A stretch of DNA of 49,871 nucleotides from Acidimicrobiia bacterium (lineage in GTDB: Bacteria > Actinomycetota > Acidimicrobiia > Spongiisociales > UBA11373). The position numbers and the translations under genes are program-made. Within the stretch, counting starts at the first letter, position 1; every line of letters begins with the position of its first letter. Positions 27,583 to 37,173 of the stretch are shown one piece after another. The stretch covers positions 30,697-80,567 of the forward strand of contig JBBEAX010000047.1 of the NCBI GenBank assembly GCA_040882645.1, in the 5' to 3' direction. The notes under the pieces were generated by a model. The model was given only the letters and a program-made list of their open reading frames with translations, was not told the origin of the DNA and did not search any database.

Positions 27583-27709
27583 GATTGGATCACTCCTGAA
27601 CGTGCAACGGGTATGGAGGAGCGGCAAGGGGGCGAACCAGCATGGTCGACCTCACCGGGTCGTCGATGATCGTTCCTCCGGAATCGCGACTTCCTTCATT
27701 GTAAGTCGG

Positions 27710-29089
27710 TCACGTCGTTGCTTGTTCCGGGGGGACTCGCCCCATACTGGTGATCCCCGCCTCGGTCATGGCCCAGCCGATTGCGAGTAGTTGCGCCTCC
27801 TGCCACCAGGGGGCAATCAGTTGGATCGAAGGGGGTGGAGCACCTCCGCCGGCGGCGGGCAGCGACAGCGCGGGAATGCCGAGCTGATTGGCGAATGTGC
27901 TGAACCATGAGAGCGCGGTTCGGTACGGCTCGGGCTCGGCACCTCCATCTACCGTCGCGCTGCCGATGATTTTCGATCTGGCGGCGCTGGTCGGGGTCAC
28001 CAGCACCTGGACGTGGCTGAAGGCGCGCTCGGCAGCCTGCCGCAGTGTCGCCTGCCACTCACGCCCCCGGGCGATGTCTTCTGCCGAGTGGAGCATTTCT
28101 CGCCCGAGGCGGTCCCGAGTTTCGAGGCCGTAGCGCTCGGGGTCCTCCGTGAACCACTCACGATGAACCGTGGCGATCTCCGCATAGGTGGCCCGGGGGA
28201 GTTGCTCCGGGTCGAAGATGGGGTCGCGGATCTCGCTGATCTCCGCACCGGCCGACTCGAGGCCCGCAAGCGTCGCGGCGTAGGCAGTTGCGATCCCGGT
28301 CTCGAGAGGGCGCTCGGTCCAGGGCAGGGGGATCCCCACCCGGAGGCCGCGGAGGTCGGCAGGATGGTCGGAGATCTCCACCGGTTGATTGGCCGACCAC
28401 GGATCTTCGGAGTGGTAACCCGCCATCACCGCATAGGCGATCGCCGCGTCGCCGACAGAACGAGTCAGTGGACCTACGGTGTCGAGCGACGGTGCCAACG
28501 GGAACACGCCGGTGAGCGGGACTCGCCCATGGGTCACCTTCAGCCCGACGATGCCGCACATGGCCGCCGGCACCCGGACCGATCCTCCGGTGTCGGTGCC
28601 GATGCCCAACGGGACCACACCCGCGGCGACCGCTGCCGCGGAGCCCCCGGATGAGCCACCGGGGGAGGTGTTCAGATCCCACGGATTGCGGACGGGCCCC
28701 CACCAGTCGTTCTCGGATGAGAAGCCGTAAGCGAACTCGTGGAGCCCCGTTCGCCCGATGACGACCGCCCCGGCAGCCTCCAGCCGGTCGACGACGGGGG
28801 CGGACCGCTTGGGGACCTCTCTGTAGAACGATGACCCGCACGTGGTCGTCCGGCCGGCGTGATCGATGATGTCCTTGAGTGCCACCGGTACTCCGGCGAG
28901 CGGCCCCGGGTCGCCGCCGGCGGCAACGGTCGCATCGATCGTGGCTGCCCGGGCAAGGGCCGCTTCTGCGTCGATCGACGTGAAGGCGTTGAGTGCCTTG
29001 GTCGCGGCGGCCGCTGCCAGGGCCTCAGTGACGGTATCGCGGGCCGAGCGCTCGCGGGCTCTGACGGCCCGGGCGATCGACTCGATCAT
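27710..29089 (-). CDS. Amidase signature family protein
   Basis: GVPVALKD, PGGSSGGSAAAV, GTDTGGSVR.P; ATGA coupling to the upstream gene. Confidence 0.9.
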   Translation of the reverse strand: MIESIARAVRARERSARDTVTEALAAAAATKALNAFTSIDAEAALARAATIDATVAAGGDPGPLAGVPVALKDIIDHAGRTTTCGSSFYREVPKRSAPVVDRLEAAGAVVIGRTGLHEFAYGFSSENDWWGPVRNPWDLNTSPGGSSGGSAAAVAAGVVPLGIGTDTGGSVRVPAAMCGIVGLKVTHGRVPLTGVFPLAPSLDTVGPLTRSVGDAAIAYAVMAGYHSEDPWSANQPVEISDHPADLRGLRVGIPLPWTERPLETGIATAYAATLAGLESAGAEISEIRDPIFDPEQLPRATYAEIATVHREWFTEDPERYGLETRDRLGREMLHSAEDIARGREWQATLRQAAERAFSHVQVLVTPTSAARSKIIGSATVDGGAEPEPYRTALSWFSTFANQLGIPALSLPAAGGGAPPPSIQLIAPWWQEAQLLAIGWAMTEAGITSMGRVPPEQATT

Positions 29090-30192
29090 CCCGAGGTGGT
29101 GATCGACCGGCCGGCCGGGAACACCGAGGTCCATGAGAGCCCGGCGGGTACGACCGCGGTGGTCCCGTCGGGCGAGACCAGCGTGAAGGGATCAAACAGG
29201 TCGTCCCGCTCCCAGGTCCCCTGCCACATCCGTCCGCGGGCGAACACCCAGGCGTCGCTGCTCCCCAACGTGTCGAGGGCGGGAACCGATTGTCCCTCGC
29301 CGGTGGGGGAGGCGGTGTATAGGCGGCTCTCGAGGATCACCAGGACATCGACGGCGATTTGAGTCAAGTTCCGATCTTCGTCCTGCACGTTGTGCACGAG
29401 GTTGTTCATGGTGCGGAGGTAGGTCCGTGTCTCAGCGTCGTATGTCCAGATGACACTCGTGCTGCCCGACCAGGAGAGGCGGATCTCGGTGGCGGTCGCC
29501 TCGGGATAGCGCCAGTCGTCGATGGCGAAGATATACTGCGCCGGATTATCCGTGTAACCCCGCGCGTCCGCTCGCGCCCGCAGCGTTTCGGTGTTCCCAT
29601 ACAGGTTGTGGGGTGCCGCGTGCAGCGACGTGCGGAACATCCCGGCGCTCTCGCCCAGTAGTCGCAGCCCGCGAGACGCCGTGAGGCTCTGGACCCAGGT
29701 CTGGCCGCCTGACATGAAGAGCGGTGCACCGGTTGGCAGGACTAGGGTCGAGTCGGTGGGACGCAGCGAACGGATGGGACCGAGCAACTCTGCCTCGTTG
29801 TCATGGAACAGGGCAATGAAGCGGGTGAATCCGCCCTCGACCAGTGTCTCGATCATTGCATCGGCCTCCAGCAGGCCCGACTGCGGGATGGCTCCCGGGT
29901 GATTGTCGACCTTGACCGCAATGACGCTTCGGTCGAGCTTGAGAGTGTCCTCCGCGGGGAGTCCGTTGAGAGGCGAAGCGAACCCGACGGGGAACGTGGT
30001 GACGGTGGTCTCAGGCCCTGCGGTCGTGGTGGTCGGGGCGGTGGAGGTGGTGGTCGTGGGGGCAGTGGTCGTCGCTGGGACCGTCGTGGTGGGCACCGTA
30101 GTGGTGGTGGTGGGGGCAGCATCGCCCCCGCACGCCGTAGCCACCAGGGCGAGGGCGACCAGGAGCATCGAGAACTTGGAGAGTCGGGTCAT
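29086..30192 (-). CDS. DUF3048 (YerB-like) lipoprotein
   Basis: ATAC lipobox, Thr-rich linker, VKVDN, PQSGL..AD, VEGG.TR, GPIRS.R, APHNLY. Confidence 0.85.
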   Translation of the reverse strand: MTRLSKFSMLLVALALVATACGGDAAPTTTTTVPTTTVPATTTAPTTTTSTAPTTTTAGPETTVTTFPVGFASPLNGLPAEDTLKLDRSVIAVKVDNHPGAIPQSGLLEADAMIETLVEGGFTRFIALFHDNEAELLGPIRSLRPTDSTLVLPTGAPLFMSGGQTWVQSLTASRGLRLLGESAGMFRTSLHAAPHNLYGNTETLRARADARGYTDNPAQYIFAIDDWRYPEATATEIRLSWSGSTSVIWTYDAETRTYLRTMNNLVHNVQDEDRNLTQIAVDVLVILESRLYTASPTGEGQSVPALDTLGSSDAWVFARGRMWQGTWERDDLFDPFTLVSPDGTTAVVPAGLSWTSVFPAGRSITTSG

Positions 30193-30265
30193 CACGTCGG
30201 GCACAGTAGTGACCATCCGGGCTTGCGAGGCTGGCCGCGGGCGTGGGGCGGCATTCACGCCGCGG

Positions 30266-30637
30266 CTACGGCCGTCCCACGGCGGCCAGGGGCCGGGGGT
30301 GGTAGCGGAGGATTAGTCGGGCGATCACCCGGTCGCGGGGGATGGCCCCCAGCGATCTGCTGTCGACGCTGCCCGCACCCGGGTGGTCGCCGAGGAGCCA
30401 CAAACCGGCTGAGCCCGGCGGAGGTTCCGCGACCCGTTTGACCACCTCGAACCCCGGCTGCATCTCGAAGACCACGACGTCTCCCACCCGGATGCCCCGC
30501 GGTCGCTTGACCGCGAGCACCCAGTCGCCGGGCATCAGCGCAGGGGTCATCGACTCTTCGGCGATCTCGAATCGGGTGAGCCGCAGGCTCAATGCGGCAA
30601 GCACGGTGGCGCCGGCCGCTCGAAGGATTGAGGACAC
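30266..30637 (-). CDS. sodX: Nickel-SOD maturation protease (S26 family)
   Basis: SM.P.L.PGD, VKRV, LGD, DSR motifs; divergent from sodN. Confidence 0.85.
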   Translation of the reverse strand: MSSILRAAGATVLAALSLRLTRFEIAEESMTPALMPGDWVLAVKRPRGIRVGDVVVFEMQPGFEVVKRVAEPPPGSAGLWLLGDHPGAGSVDSRSLGAIPRDRVIARLILRYHPRPLAAVGRP

Positions 30638-30707
30638 GCGGGGCCTTCTGTAGCGCGCCGGGGCGAGTGTAGGGTGAGGTTTCGCGAGAAACAGGAGACG
30701 AGCAGGG

Positions 30708-31094
30708 ATGTCGTTGCTGAAGCCGAAGCGCATCGCCCATGCCCATTGCGATCTGATGTGTGGGGTGTACGACCCGGCTCAGGCCCGGATCGAGGCCGAG
30801 TCGGTGAGGGCAATCGCCCAGAAGTACCAGGACTCCGATGATGAGGTCTTTCGCCAGCGCTGCGTGATCATCAAGGAGAAGCGCGCCGAGATGGTCAAGC
30901 ACCACCTCTGGGTGCTGTGGACCGACTACTTCAAGCCCCCCCATGTGGAACAGTTCCCCCAGCTCCACGATCTGTTCTGGAGAGCCACCAAGAAGGCGGG
31001 CGACGCCAAGAAGTCGATGGACCCCGCAGTCGGCGACGAGCTGTTGGCCCTGATCGCCGAGATCGCCGAGATCTTCGCCGAGACGAAGAAGTAG
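30708..31094 (+). CDS. sodN: Nickel superoxide dismutase precursor
   Basis: Short leader, then HCDLMCGVYDPAQARIEA and KHHLWVLWTDYFKP. Confidence 0.95.
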   Translation: MSLLKPKRIAHAHCDLMCGVYDPAQARIEAESVRAIAQKYQDSDDEVFRQRCVIIKEKRAEMVKHHLWVLWTDYFKPPHVEQFPQLHDLFWRATKKAGDAKKSMDPAVGDELLALIAEIAEIFAETKK

Positions 31095-31111
31095 CGGCGG
31101 CCTGTGGCCGC

Positions 31112-31257
31112 CCCGCAATTCGCAATTCGCAATTCGCAATTCGACCGAGGGGCGATCGCGTACAGCCCTGACCCTGTGACTCTTGCGGGTAGCGGGCAGC
31201 GGGCAGCGGGTAGCGGGCAGCGGGTAGCGGGTCCCCGGCAGCGGGCAGCGGGAAGCG
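31112..31257. repeat. Two heptamer arrays: (CGCAATT)x4 and about 10 GCGGG(T/C)A units
   Basis: 31112-31145 and 31185-31257, between convergent sodN and murJ. Confidence 0.9.
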
Positions 31258-31298
31258 GTATATTCGCCCGGCTAGCCGCACGAAGGCTCGTGCAACCT

Positions 31299-31333
31299 GA
31301 AGGGGAGCGGCGCTCTGGTGCCGCTCCTTCTTC
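31299..31333. terminator. Stem-loop terminator between convergent genes
   Basis: GGAGCGGCGC-TCTG-GTGCCGCTCC followed by TTCTTC. Confidence 0.65.
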
Positions 31334-31346
31334 GTCAACGGACCCC

Positions 31347-32960
31347 TCAGAGGTCGGACAGGGGCCGTTCTTCGGTGGTGGCTGGGGGTTGGAGGCGTGC
31401 CGCAGGCTGGCCGACGAGGTCGCGTCGCACCGGCCGGGGCAATAGCGCCACGGCCAGCAGCACCACGCCCCCGATGGCCACTGCGACGGCGTTGTTGAAG
31501 AAGCCGTCCAAGCCGAGGGTGTCGAGCACCCAGCGCGATACCAGCCACGCAGCCCCGCCGCCGACGGCGGCCAGCGGGAGGTTGCCGGCGAGGGTCTTCA
31601 CCACTGGCCACAGCTCACCGGTGCCGGTTCGTCGATACCAGACGATGGCGAGCCCGATCGTGTAGAGGGTGATCGCCAGACTCGAGGCGAGGGCGAGTCC
31701 CTCGATGCCCATCGAGTCGTTGAGCGCCCAGTAGATCGGTACTGCCGCCACGGTCGCCGCGGTGCCGATCACCACCGGAGCCCACATCTCTTCCCTGGCA
31801 TAGAAGCCCCGGGCCAGAATCTGTTGGATACCCCACATCGGCACGCCGATGGCGAAGACGACCACGGTCGCAGCAGTCGCAAGGGTGTCGGCCGGCTCGA
31901 AGGAGCCCCGCTCGTACAGTGCGCGCACCAGCGGGATCGACATCGCCATCAGGCCGGCTGCCGCGGCAAGGCTGAGCACGATCACGAAGCGCACCGCTCG
32001 CCCGACGGCTGCGGCCAGCTCCCGGTGCTTCCCTTCAGCCGCGAGGCGGGCGAGGAAGGGGTAGGCGGCGACGCCGGCAGCCTGGGCGATCACCCCCACC
32101 GGCACCAGCATCGTCTGCCGACCGAAGGTGAGCCAGGAGATACCACCGTTGGCGGTGAGCGATCCGAACGCCCGTCCCAACTGCTCGTCGAGCACGACGA
32201 GGGATTGACCGAGCATGAGAGGAATCGCCAGCGCGAAGTAGCGCCGCACCGCCGGGTGCTTGCCGAGCCGGCCGGAGGGGAGCCGCAAGCCCTGACGGTG
32301 AGCCCCCCACCACTGGAGTAGGAAGATCCCGAAGAACGCCCCACCGAGTGCTCCCCAGGCGAATCCATCCGCCCCGGGATCGTCCTGGCCAAGAGCGCCG
32401 AGGAGGCCCCCCGCGATGATCCCGAGGTTGTAGACGATCGGACCGAGGGTCGGAATCACGAACTTCTCTCGGGCGAACTGCCACGCGGTGAACAGCTGGC
32501 CGAGGATGAAGAACACCTGCGCGGGCAAGACGATGCGGGTGAGCCGGGCGGCCTCGGCCACCTGCGCCTCGGTGAAGCCGGGCTCGATGGCCCGCAGCAC
32601 CGGCTCCACGAATGGCATGGCGATCAGCACCAGCCCCCCGATGGCCAGCGTCAGGGGGCGGGCGATTGCCCAGAAGGCGTGGCGGGCGTCGTCCTCGTCC
32701 CCCGCGGCGAACCGTCTGGACAACAGGGGGATCAGGGTGATCGCCATGTATGCCCCGGCCAGGAGATAGTTGAGGAGGTCGGGGATGATGAAGGCGACGA
32801 AGTACTCGTCGCCGGTGGCACCCGCCCCCAGGAGCCAGGCGAAGATGACCTGTCGCACCAGGCCCAGGATCCGGGAGAGGAGCACGCCGCCGGCCACGAT
32901 CGCGGCGGCGATCCCCATGCGCCGGTAGAGCCCGTGGGGCGCCGGCCCGTCGACGGTCAT
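31347..32960 (-). CDS. murJ: Lipid II flippase MurJ (MviN)
   Basis: LSRILGLVR, AF.IPD, RALYERGSF, RGFYA, GLALA; many TM helices. Confidence 0.9.
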   Translation of the reverse strand: MTVDGPAPHGLYRRMGIAAAIVAGGVLLSRILGLVRQVIFAWLLGAGATGDEYFVAFIIPDLLNYLLAGAYMAITLIPLLSRRFAAGDEDDARHAFWAIARPLTLAIGGLVLIAMPFVEPVLRAIEPGFTEAQVAEAARLTRIVLPAQVFFILGQLFTAWQFAREKFVIPTLGPIVYNLGIIAGGLLGALGQDDPGADGFAWGALGGAFFGIFLLQWWGAHRQGLRLPSGRLGKHPAVRRYFALAIPLMLGQSLVVLDEQLGRAFGSLTANGGISWLTFGRQTMLVPVGVIAQAAGVAAYPFLARLAAEGKHRELAAAVGRAVRFVIVLSLAAAAGLMAMSIPLVRALYERGSFEPADTLATAATVVVFAIGVPMWGIQQILARGFYAREEMWAPVVIGTAATVAAVPIYWALNDSMGIEGLALASSLAITLYTIGLAIVWYRRTGTGELWPVVKTLAGNLPLAAVGGGAAWLVSRWVLDTLGLDGFFNNAVAVAIGGVVLLAVALLPRPVRRDLVGQPAARLQPPATTEERPLSDL

Positions 32961-33027
32961 GTTGGGTGACGCTAGCCCGGGTGAGGCGCCGGATCAGTCT
33001 CTGGACCCGGCGCCCCACCCGGAGCGA

Positions 33028-33645
33028 TCACTTGGCGTTGGGGATCCGCAGCACCTGGCCGGGGAAGATCAGATCTGCGTCCTTGATCATCGGCTGGTTC
33101 GCCTCGAATATCTCCGGCCACTTCGAGGAGTCGTCGTAGTGCTTGGCGGCGATCTTGTTCAGGCTGTCGCCCTTTACCACCGTGTAGAAGACCGTCTTCG
33201 ATTCTTCTGCGCGCTTCTGTCGGGCCTTGTACTCCTGGCGCAGGGCCTTGCGGTTCCGTTTTTGGTCGGCCCGCTTCTGCCTGTCAGCTTGAGCGGCTTC
33301 TGCCTTTTTCGGCTTCTCGGCGCCAGGGGCTTCTGCAGCACGCTTTGCTGCGGCTTCCCGAATCTCGTTCTTTTCTGCGGTAGTGAGGCCGATGACAAGT
33401 TCGTCCTTCACCTTGAGTACGCCGGTGGTGTTTCCGATGGCGACGATGATCTTTTCGCGGGTGTCCTGGTCGGCCGCCATGCCCTGGACCGTGGCTACTC
33501 CTTCGTCCCACTCGATGTCGAGGTCGTCGACGTCGAACTTCAGCTCTTCGATCTTCTCGACGAGCGCTGCCTCCATCGCCTCGGGGCTATCGATGCCCCC
33601 TTGCTTGAAGGCTTCGCCTATCTCCTTGAGGAAATCGAGATCCAT
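33028..33645 (-). CDS. BON + LysM domain protein (Kbp/YgaU-like)
   Basis: EKIIVAIGN..GV; C-terminal YTVVKGDSL..IA...IFEAN....LIFPGQVLRIP. Confidence 0.88.
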   Translation of the reverse strand: MDLDFLKEIGEAFKQGGIDSPEAMEAALVEKIEELKFDVDDLDIEWDEGVATVQGMAADQDTREKIIVAIGNTTGVLKVKDELVIGLTTAEKNEIREAAAKRAAEAPGAEKPKKAEAAQADRQKRADQKRNRKALRQEYKARQKRAEESKTVFYTVVKGDSLNKIAAKHYDDSSKWPEIFEANQPMIKDADLIFPGQVLRIPNAK

Positions 33646-33694
33646 ATCTTCCGCTCCGATCGTTCAGGGGTAATCCGGTGAGTGAACTCGTACC

Positions 33695-33771
33695 CACCCA
33701 CGCGCTGCCCAAATCCAATGATCGCATCGGTACCCGTCGAGCCGCTGCCTGCGGGTTTTCGCGTTCGGCCC
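33695..33771. repeat. 77-bp direct repeat, copy 1
   Basis: 66/77 identical, ungapped, to 34541-34617. Confidence 0.9.
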
Positions 33772-33937
33772 ATGGCGATGCATGACCTCTGTCTCGGGAA
33801 GCGCCCCCGCGATCAGCGGTGCCGATGCAACTCGCCCCCGGTCGATCGACGACCCTGACCTCAACGGGCCAAAGGCCTCTGGTGGGACCGGCGGCGGCGC
33901 TGAATGCTCGGGGCCGAGTCCACGAGAGGAGTTGGTC

Positions 33938-34447
33938 ATGGCGACCACCGACCAGAAGAAGCGGTGGACGACGGGCCTCTCGGCCGACGAGGCCGAGTGG
34001 TTCTACGCACGGCTGGACGCGGTGCCGGAGGCCGAGCGCCCGGTCTATGCCTTCAGCGGCCGTAAGTCGTCGCTCTGGCACAAGCTGGGCGGCGGCGTCA
34101 GCCAGGTGCTGGTGCTGTTCCACCCTGACCGCGTCGTCGTTTCGACCCGGGGCATGGTGAACCTGAAGAAAGAGAAGGCGCGCCGCGAGCACACCGTGGA
34201 CGAGCTCACCGAGGTGCAGGTCGTCGAGGGACCGCTGTTCTCGAGCGTCACGCTCCACTTCCGTGACGGGACCTCGGTCAAGGTCGTCGACGTCGACCAC
34301 GCGGCGGCCAAGCCGCTCCACCACTACTCGACGAAGGGCCTGGGGGCGTTCGACCGGGCCAGGCTCGAGCCGAAGACCCTCACTGTCTTCCTGCTGGCCT
34401 GCATGCTCGGGCTCCCCGTTCCCAAGGAACACTTCACGAAGTCGTGA
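33938..34447 (+). CDS. Hypothetical protein, possibly PH-like fold
   Basis: GAGGAG RBS, strongly GC-biased third positions, followed by a hairpin; fold is a guess. Confidence 0.75.
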   Translation: MATTDQKKRWTTGLSADEAEWFYARLDAVPEAERPVYAFSGRKSSLWHKLGGGVSQVLVLFHPDRVVVSTRGMVNLKKEKARREHTVDELTEVQVVEGPLFSSVTLHFRDGTSVKVVDVDHAAAKPLHHYSTKGLGAFDRARLEPKTLTVFLLACMLGLPVPKEHFTKS

Positions 34448-34450
34448 CCG

Positions 34451-34490
34451 TCTGCCTCTTCGGCGCCGTTCCCGGCGCCGAAGAGGCAGA
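34451..34490. terminator. Perfect 18-bp stem-loop
   Basis: TCTGCCTCTTCGGCGCCG-TTCC-CGGCGCCGAAGAGGCAGA, 3 nt after the stop. Confidence 0.8.
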
Positions 34491-34540
34491 GGCGTGCACC
34501 GGCATCGGGCGTAGATGGAGGACGCCGGTCGTCCCTCGAT

Positions 34541-34617
34541 CACCGACGCGCTGCCGCAATCCAATGATCGCATCGGTTCCCACCGAGCCGCTGGATGAGG
34601 GTTCTCGCGTTCGGGCC
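34541..34617. repeat. 77-bp direct repeat, copy 2
   Basis: Abuts the ABC permease stop codon; see copy 1. Confidence 0.9.
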
Positions 34618-35378
34618 TACTCGCCCGTGGCGTCCATCCGTTTGAGGAGCACGGCCCCAATGGCGATGCAGACGATCGAGATTCCGACTGCCTTGGCCAC
34701 CGCCCCCCCGGCTCCGGGCACGAGCAGCCCAAGGACTTCGTCGAGCGCCGCCACTCCGGGCGTTCCCGCTGGCACCAGCCCCACGTAGGCGGTGAGGCCT
34801 ATCCGGAACAGCGAGACATTGGCGAGTGCAGGCGCCGCAAAGCTGATGCCGGACTCCCAAACGAATAGATAGACGAGGCCGACGAGTACGGCCCGCGACG
34901 TAATGTGCCCCAGCACCAGGAAGACCGCCGTGTAACAGGCCGCACTGACGGCGACTCCGACCACAGTTGGGACGAGTGTCACCCAGGTTCCAGCACGGGC
35001 GGCCAATGCGGCGCTGGCGAGGATCCCGGCGACGCTGGAGATCGCCGTGGCGGCCAGCCACGAAGCGGTGAACTTTGCCGCCACGATGGTCCATCGCGGA
35101 ATCGGCCGCAGCAGCAGAAACGACAGGGTGCCGTCTCGGCGCTCGTCACCGAGGGCGCTGGAACCCAGCACGAGGGCGACGAGGGGCAGGACGATGATGA
35201 AGAGGATCACGAGGGGGGCGTCGTGATATCGGGCGATCGAGTTCGTCTCGCTGAGGTTGGCAGACGAGAGCCACATCACGATCGCGGGCAGCAGGGCAAC
35301 CAGTCCGAGGATGATCCACCGCCGGCCGCCGATCACTTGACGCAGGGTGACCCGAATGATCGACAGGAACGCCCTCAT
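34617..35378 (-). CDS. ABC-2 type transporter permease
   Basis: LGDERRDGTL..LLLRP..R; about 6 TM helices. Confidence 0.88.
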   Translation of the reverse strand: MRAFLSIIRVTLRQVIGGRRWIILGLVALLPAIVMWLSSANLSETNSIARYHDAPLVILFIIVLPLVALVLGSSALGDERRDGTLSFLLLRPIPRWTIVAAKFTASWLAATAISSVAGILASAALAARAGTWVTLVPTVVGVAVSAACYTAVFLVLGHITSRAVLVGLVYLFVWESGISFAAPALANVSLFRIGLTAYVGLVPAGTPGVAALDEVLGLLVPGAGGAVAKAVGISIVCIAIGAVLLKRMDATGE

Positions 35379-36313
35379 TTGCGTCTCCGGACGAGGTAGC
35401 GGAACACGCTCTCGAGGGACTCATCCTCGGGCTCGAACGCCGTCAGCCGCGCGCCAAGCTCCTTGGCGACCTTTGGAACGCGGAGGCCGAGGTCCGGAAG
35501 GTTGGACGTCTCGATTCGGAGAGTGTTGCCTGACATCGTCACCGAGGTGATGCTCTCCGACGACATCAGGGTGGCGGCGACGCCTCGGGGGTCATCGACG
35601 TCTATGCGGATTCGATATGGGGTGTCGGCCATTGCTTCCCTGATGGCGTGCACTCCACCGGCGGCAGCCAGGCGTCCGTCGACGATGGCGATGACCCGGT
35701 CTGCCATACGCTCCACCTCGGCGAGGACATGCGACGACACGATCACCGTCTTGCCACCGGCGGCGAGGCGCTTGAAGGTCTCGATGAGGTGGGCGCGCTG
35801 GACCGGGTCGGTGCCATTCAGAGGTTCGTCCAGGATCAGGACCTGCGGATCGGTGACCAGTGCCGCGGCGACCTTCGCCCGTTGACGCATGCCTTTGCTG
35901 AACCCGGCAATGGGGCGGTCGGCGGCAGAACCGAGATCGACCGTTTCGATCGCCCGGTCGACCCCCTCCCGTGGTGCTCCGGCCAGGTCGGCGGCGTAAG
36001 TGACGAATGCCCGGGCACTGAGTTGGCCGTACACCGCGTCTTCCTCGGGGACCAGCGCCATTCGCCCGTAGACCCTGTGGTCGCGCCGTGGGTTGGACCC
36101 GAGGATCGAGACGGCACCGTCGGACGGGGCGAGCAGGCCGCAGATCAGTCGGAGCAAGGTCGTCTTCCCTGCGCCGTTGGGTCCGAGAAGGCCGGTGAGG
36201 CCGGGCCCGAAGGAGCATGTGACGTCTGACACCGCCACCTTCTGGCCGAACCATTTCGACACGTCGTTCACTTCGACCGTGGCGTCCCGAACCGTGGCAG
36301 GTGAAGTCGTCAT
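35375..36313 (-). CDS. ABC transporter ATP-binding protein
   Basis: GPNGAGKT, FSKGMRQR, LILDEP, SSH. Confidence 0.92.
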   Translation of the reverse strand: MTTSPATVRDATVEVNDVSKWFGQKVAVSDVTCSFGPGLTGLLGPNGAGKTTLLRLICGLLAPSDGAVSILGSNPRRDHRVYGRMALVPEEDAVYGQLSARAFVTYAADLAGAPREGVDRAIETVDLGSAADRPIAGFSKGMRQRAKVAAALVTDPQVLILDEPLNGTDPVQRAHLIETFKRLAAGGKTVIVSSHVLAEVERMADRVIAIVDGRLAAAGGVHAIREAMADTPYRIRIDVDDPRGVAATLMSSESITSVTMSGNTLRIETSNLPDLGLRVPKVAKELGARLTAFEPEDESLESVFRYLVRRRK

Positions 36314-37173
36314 CCCGCCCGCCTCTGGCGCGCCAGCACGGCGATGCTCGACAACGCCGCCACTACTACGACCACCAACAACGACACGGCCGGATCGAAA
36401 CCGGCATCTTCGGGAATCCACTGGTGGGTGTCCGAACCCATGATCCAATCCTTCACGTAGCCAGGGTGGTGCTGGAAGGCGAAGAGCCCCATGAAGTCGA
36501 TGCCCGCCTCGATCAACCCGCGAGTGGCAGCACTGGAGATGGTGACGACCCCGAGAAACACTCCGGAGGCGAGCGATGAGCGCTTCGAGAACGCCGCCAC
36601 GAGGAACGCGAGCGGAGCAAACGCGAGGAAGTACACCGCCGATGCCAGCGCCGTCTGCCAAAGCACTTCGAAGTTGTCGGTGACGTAGGAGCCGAACCCT
36701 TCCACCCAGGCACGGCCGAGAAACAGCACGACATGTGGCAGCCACAGGAAACCGAATACGACTGTCGCCAGCGACGCTGCCCGCATCGACACGTAGTCGG
36801 CGGTCGTCAATGGTCGGGACGCATACACCGACAGCGTTCCGTTGACGCGGTCGGGAATCAGCAGTTCGCTGGCGGCGAGCGCTGTGAAGATGAGCACCAA
36901 GGCCCCGGTGAGATCGAAGTACTCGCTGTGGCCGAAGAAGGTAGCGCTGGCGTCGAATTCGCCTGCGATCACGCTGAGGGCAACGAAGAAGAGCGATGGG
37001 AGTATCGCGATGCTGAGCATCGCGATGGGGAACACTTTGCGGCGTGCCCGACGGCGGAGCCCGAGCACGCGACGCAGCCCGTCGCGGTAGATGGCGCGGC
37101 GTGCACCCGCTCGCCCCAGGCGCGGTCCGTCATGCGGCCGCCATCCCAGGTCGAATACGACGCCTTCATCCAT
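36310..37173 (-). CDS. ABC-2 type transporter permease
   Basis: PDR..GTL.VY.SRP; multiple TM helices. Confidence 0.85.
   Translation of the reverse strand: MDEGVVFDLGWRPHDGPRLGRAGARRAIYRDGLRRVLGLRRRARRKVFPIAMLSIAILPSLFFVALSVIAGEFDASATFFGHSEYFDLTGALVLIFTALAASELLIPDRVNGTLSVYASRPLTTADYVSMRAASLATVVFGFLWLPHVVLFLGRAWVEGFGSYVTDNFEVLWQTALASAVYFLAFAPLAFLVAAFSKRSSLASGVFLGVVTISSAATRGLIEAGIDFMGLFAFQHHPGYVKDWIMGSDTHQWIPEDAGFDPAVSLLVVVVVAALSSIAVLARQRRAG

Noticed and set aside
27710-29089. Calling the amidase gatA
   Set aside because: No gatB/gatC alongside and GatA-specific C-terminal motifs are not evident.
29990-30120. Thr/Pro-rich low-complexity tracts (also 18540-18640, 44575-44625)
   Set aside because: Ordinary lipoprotein linkers, not independent repeat elements.
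33695-34617. Integron attC sites
   Set aside because: No RYYYAAC...GTTRRRY ends, no full-length palindrome and no integrase in the window.
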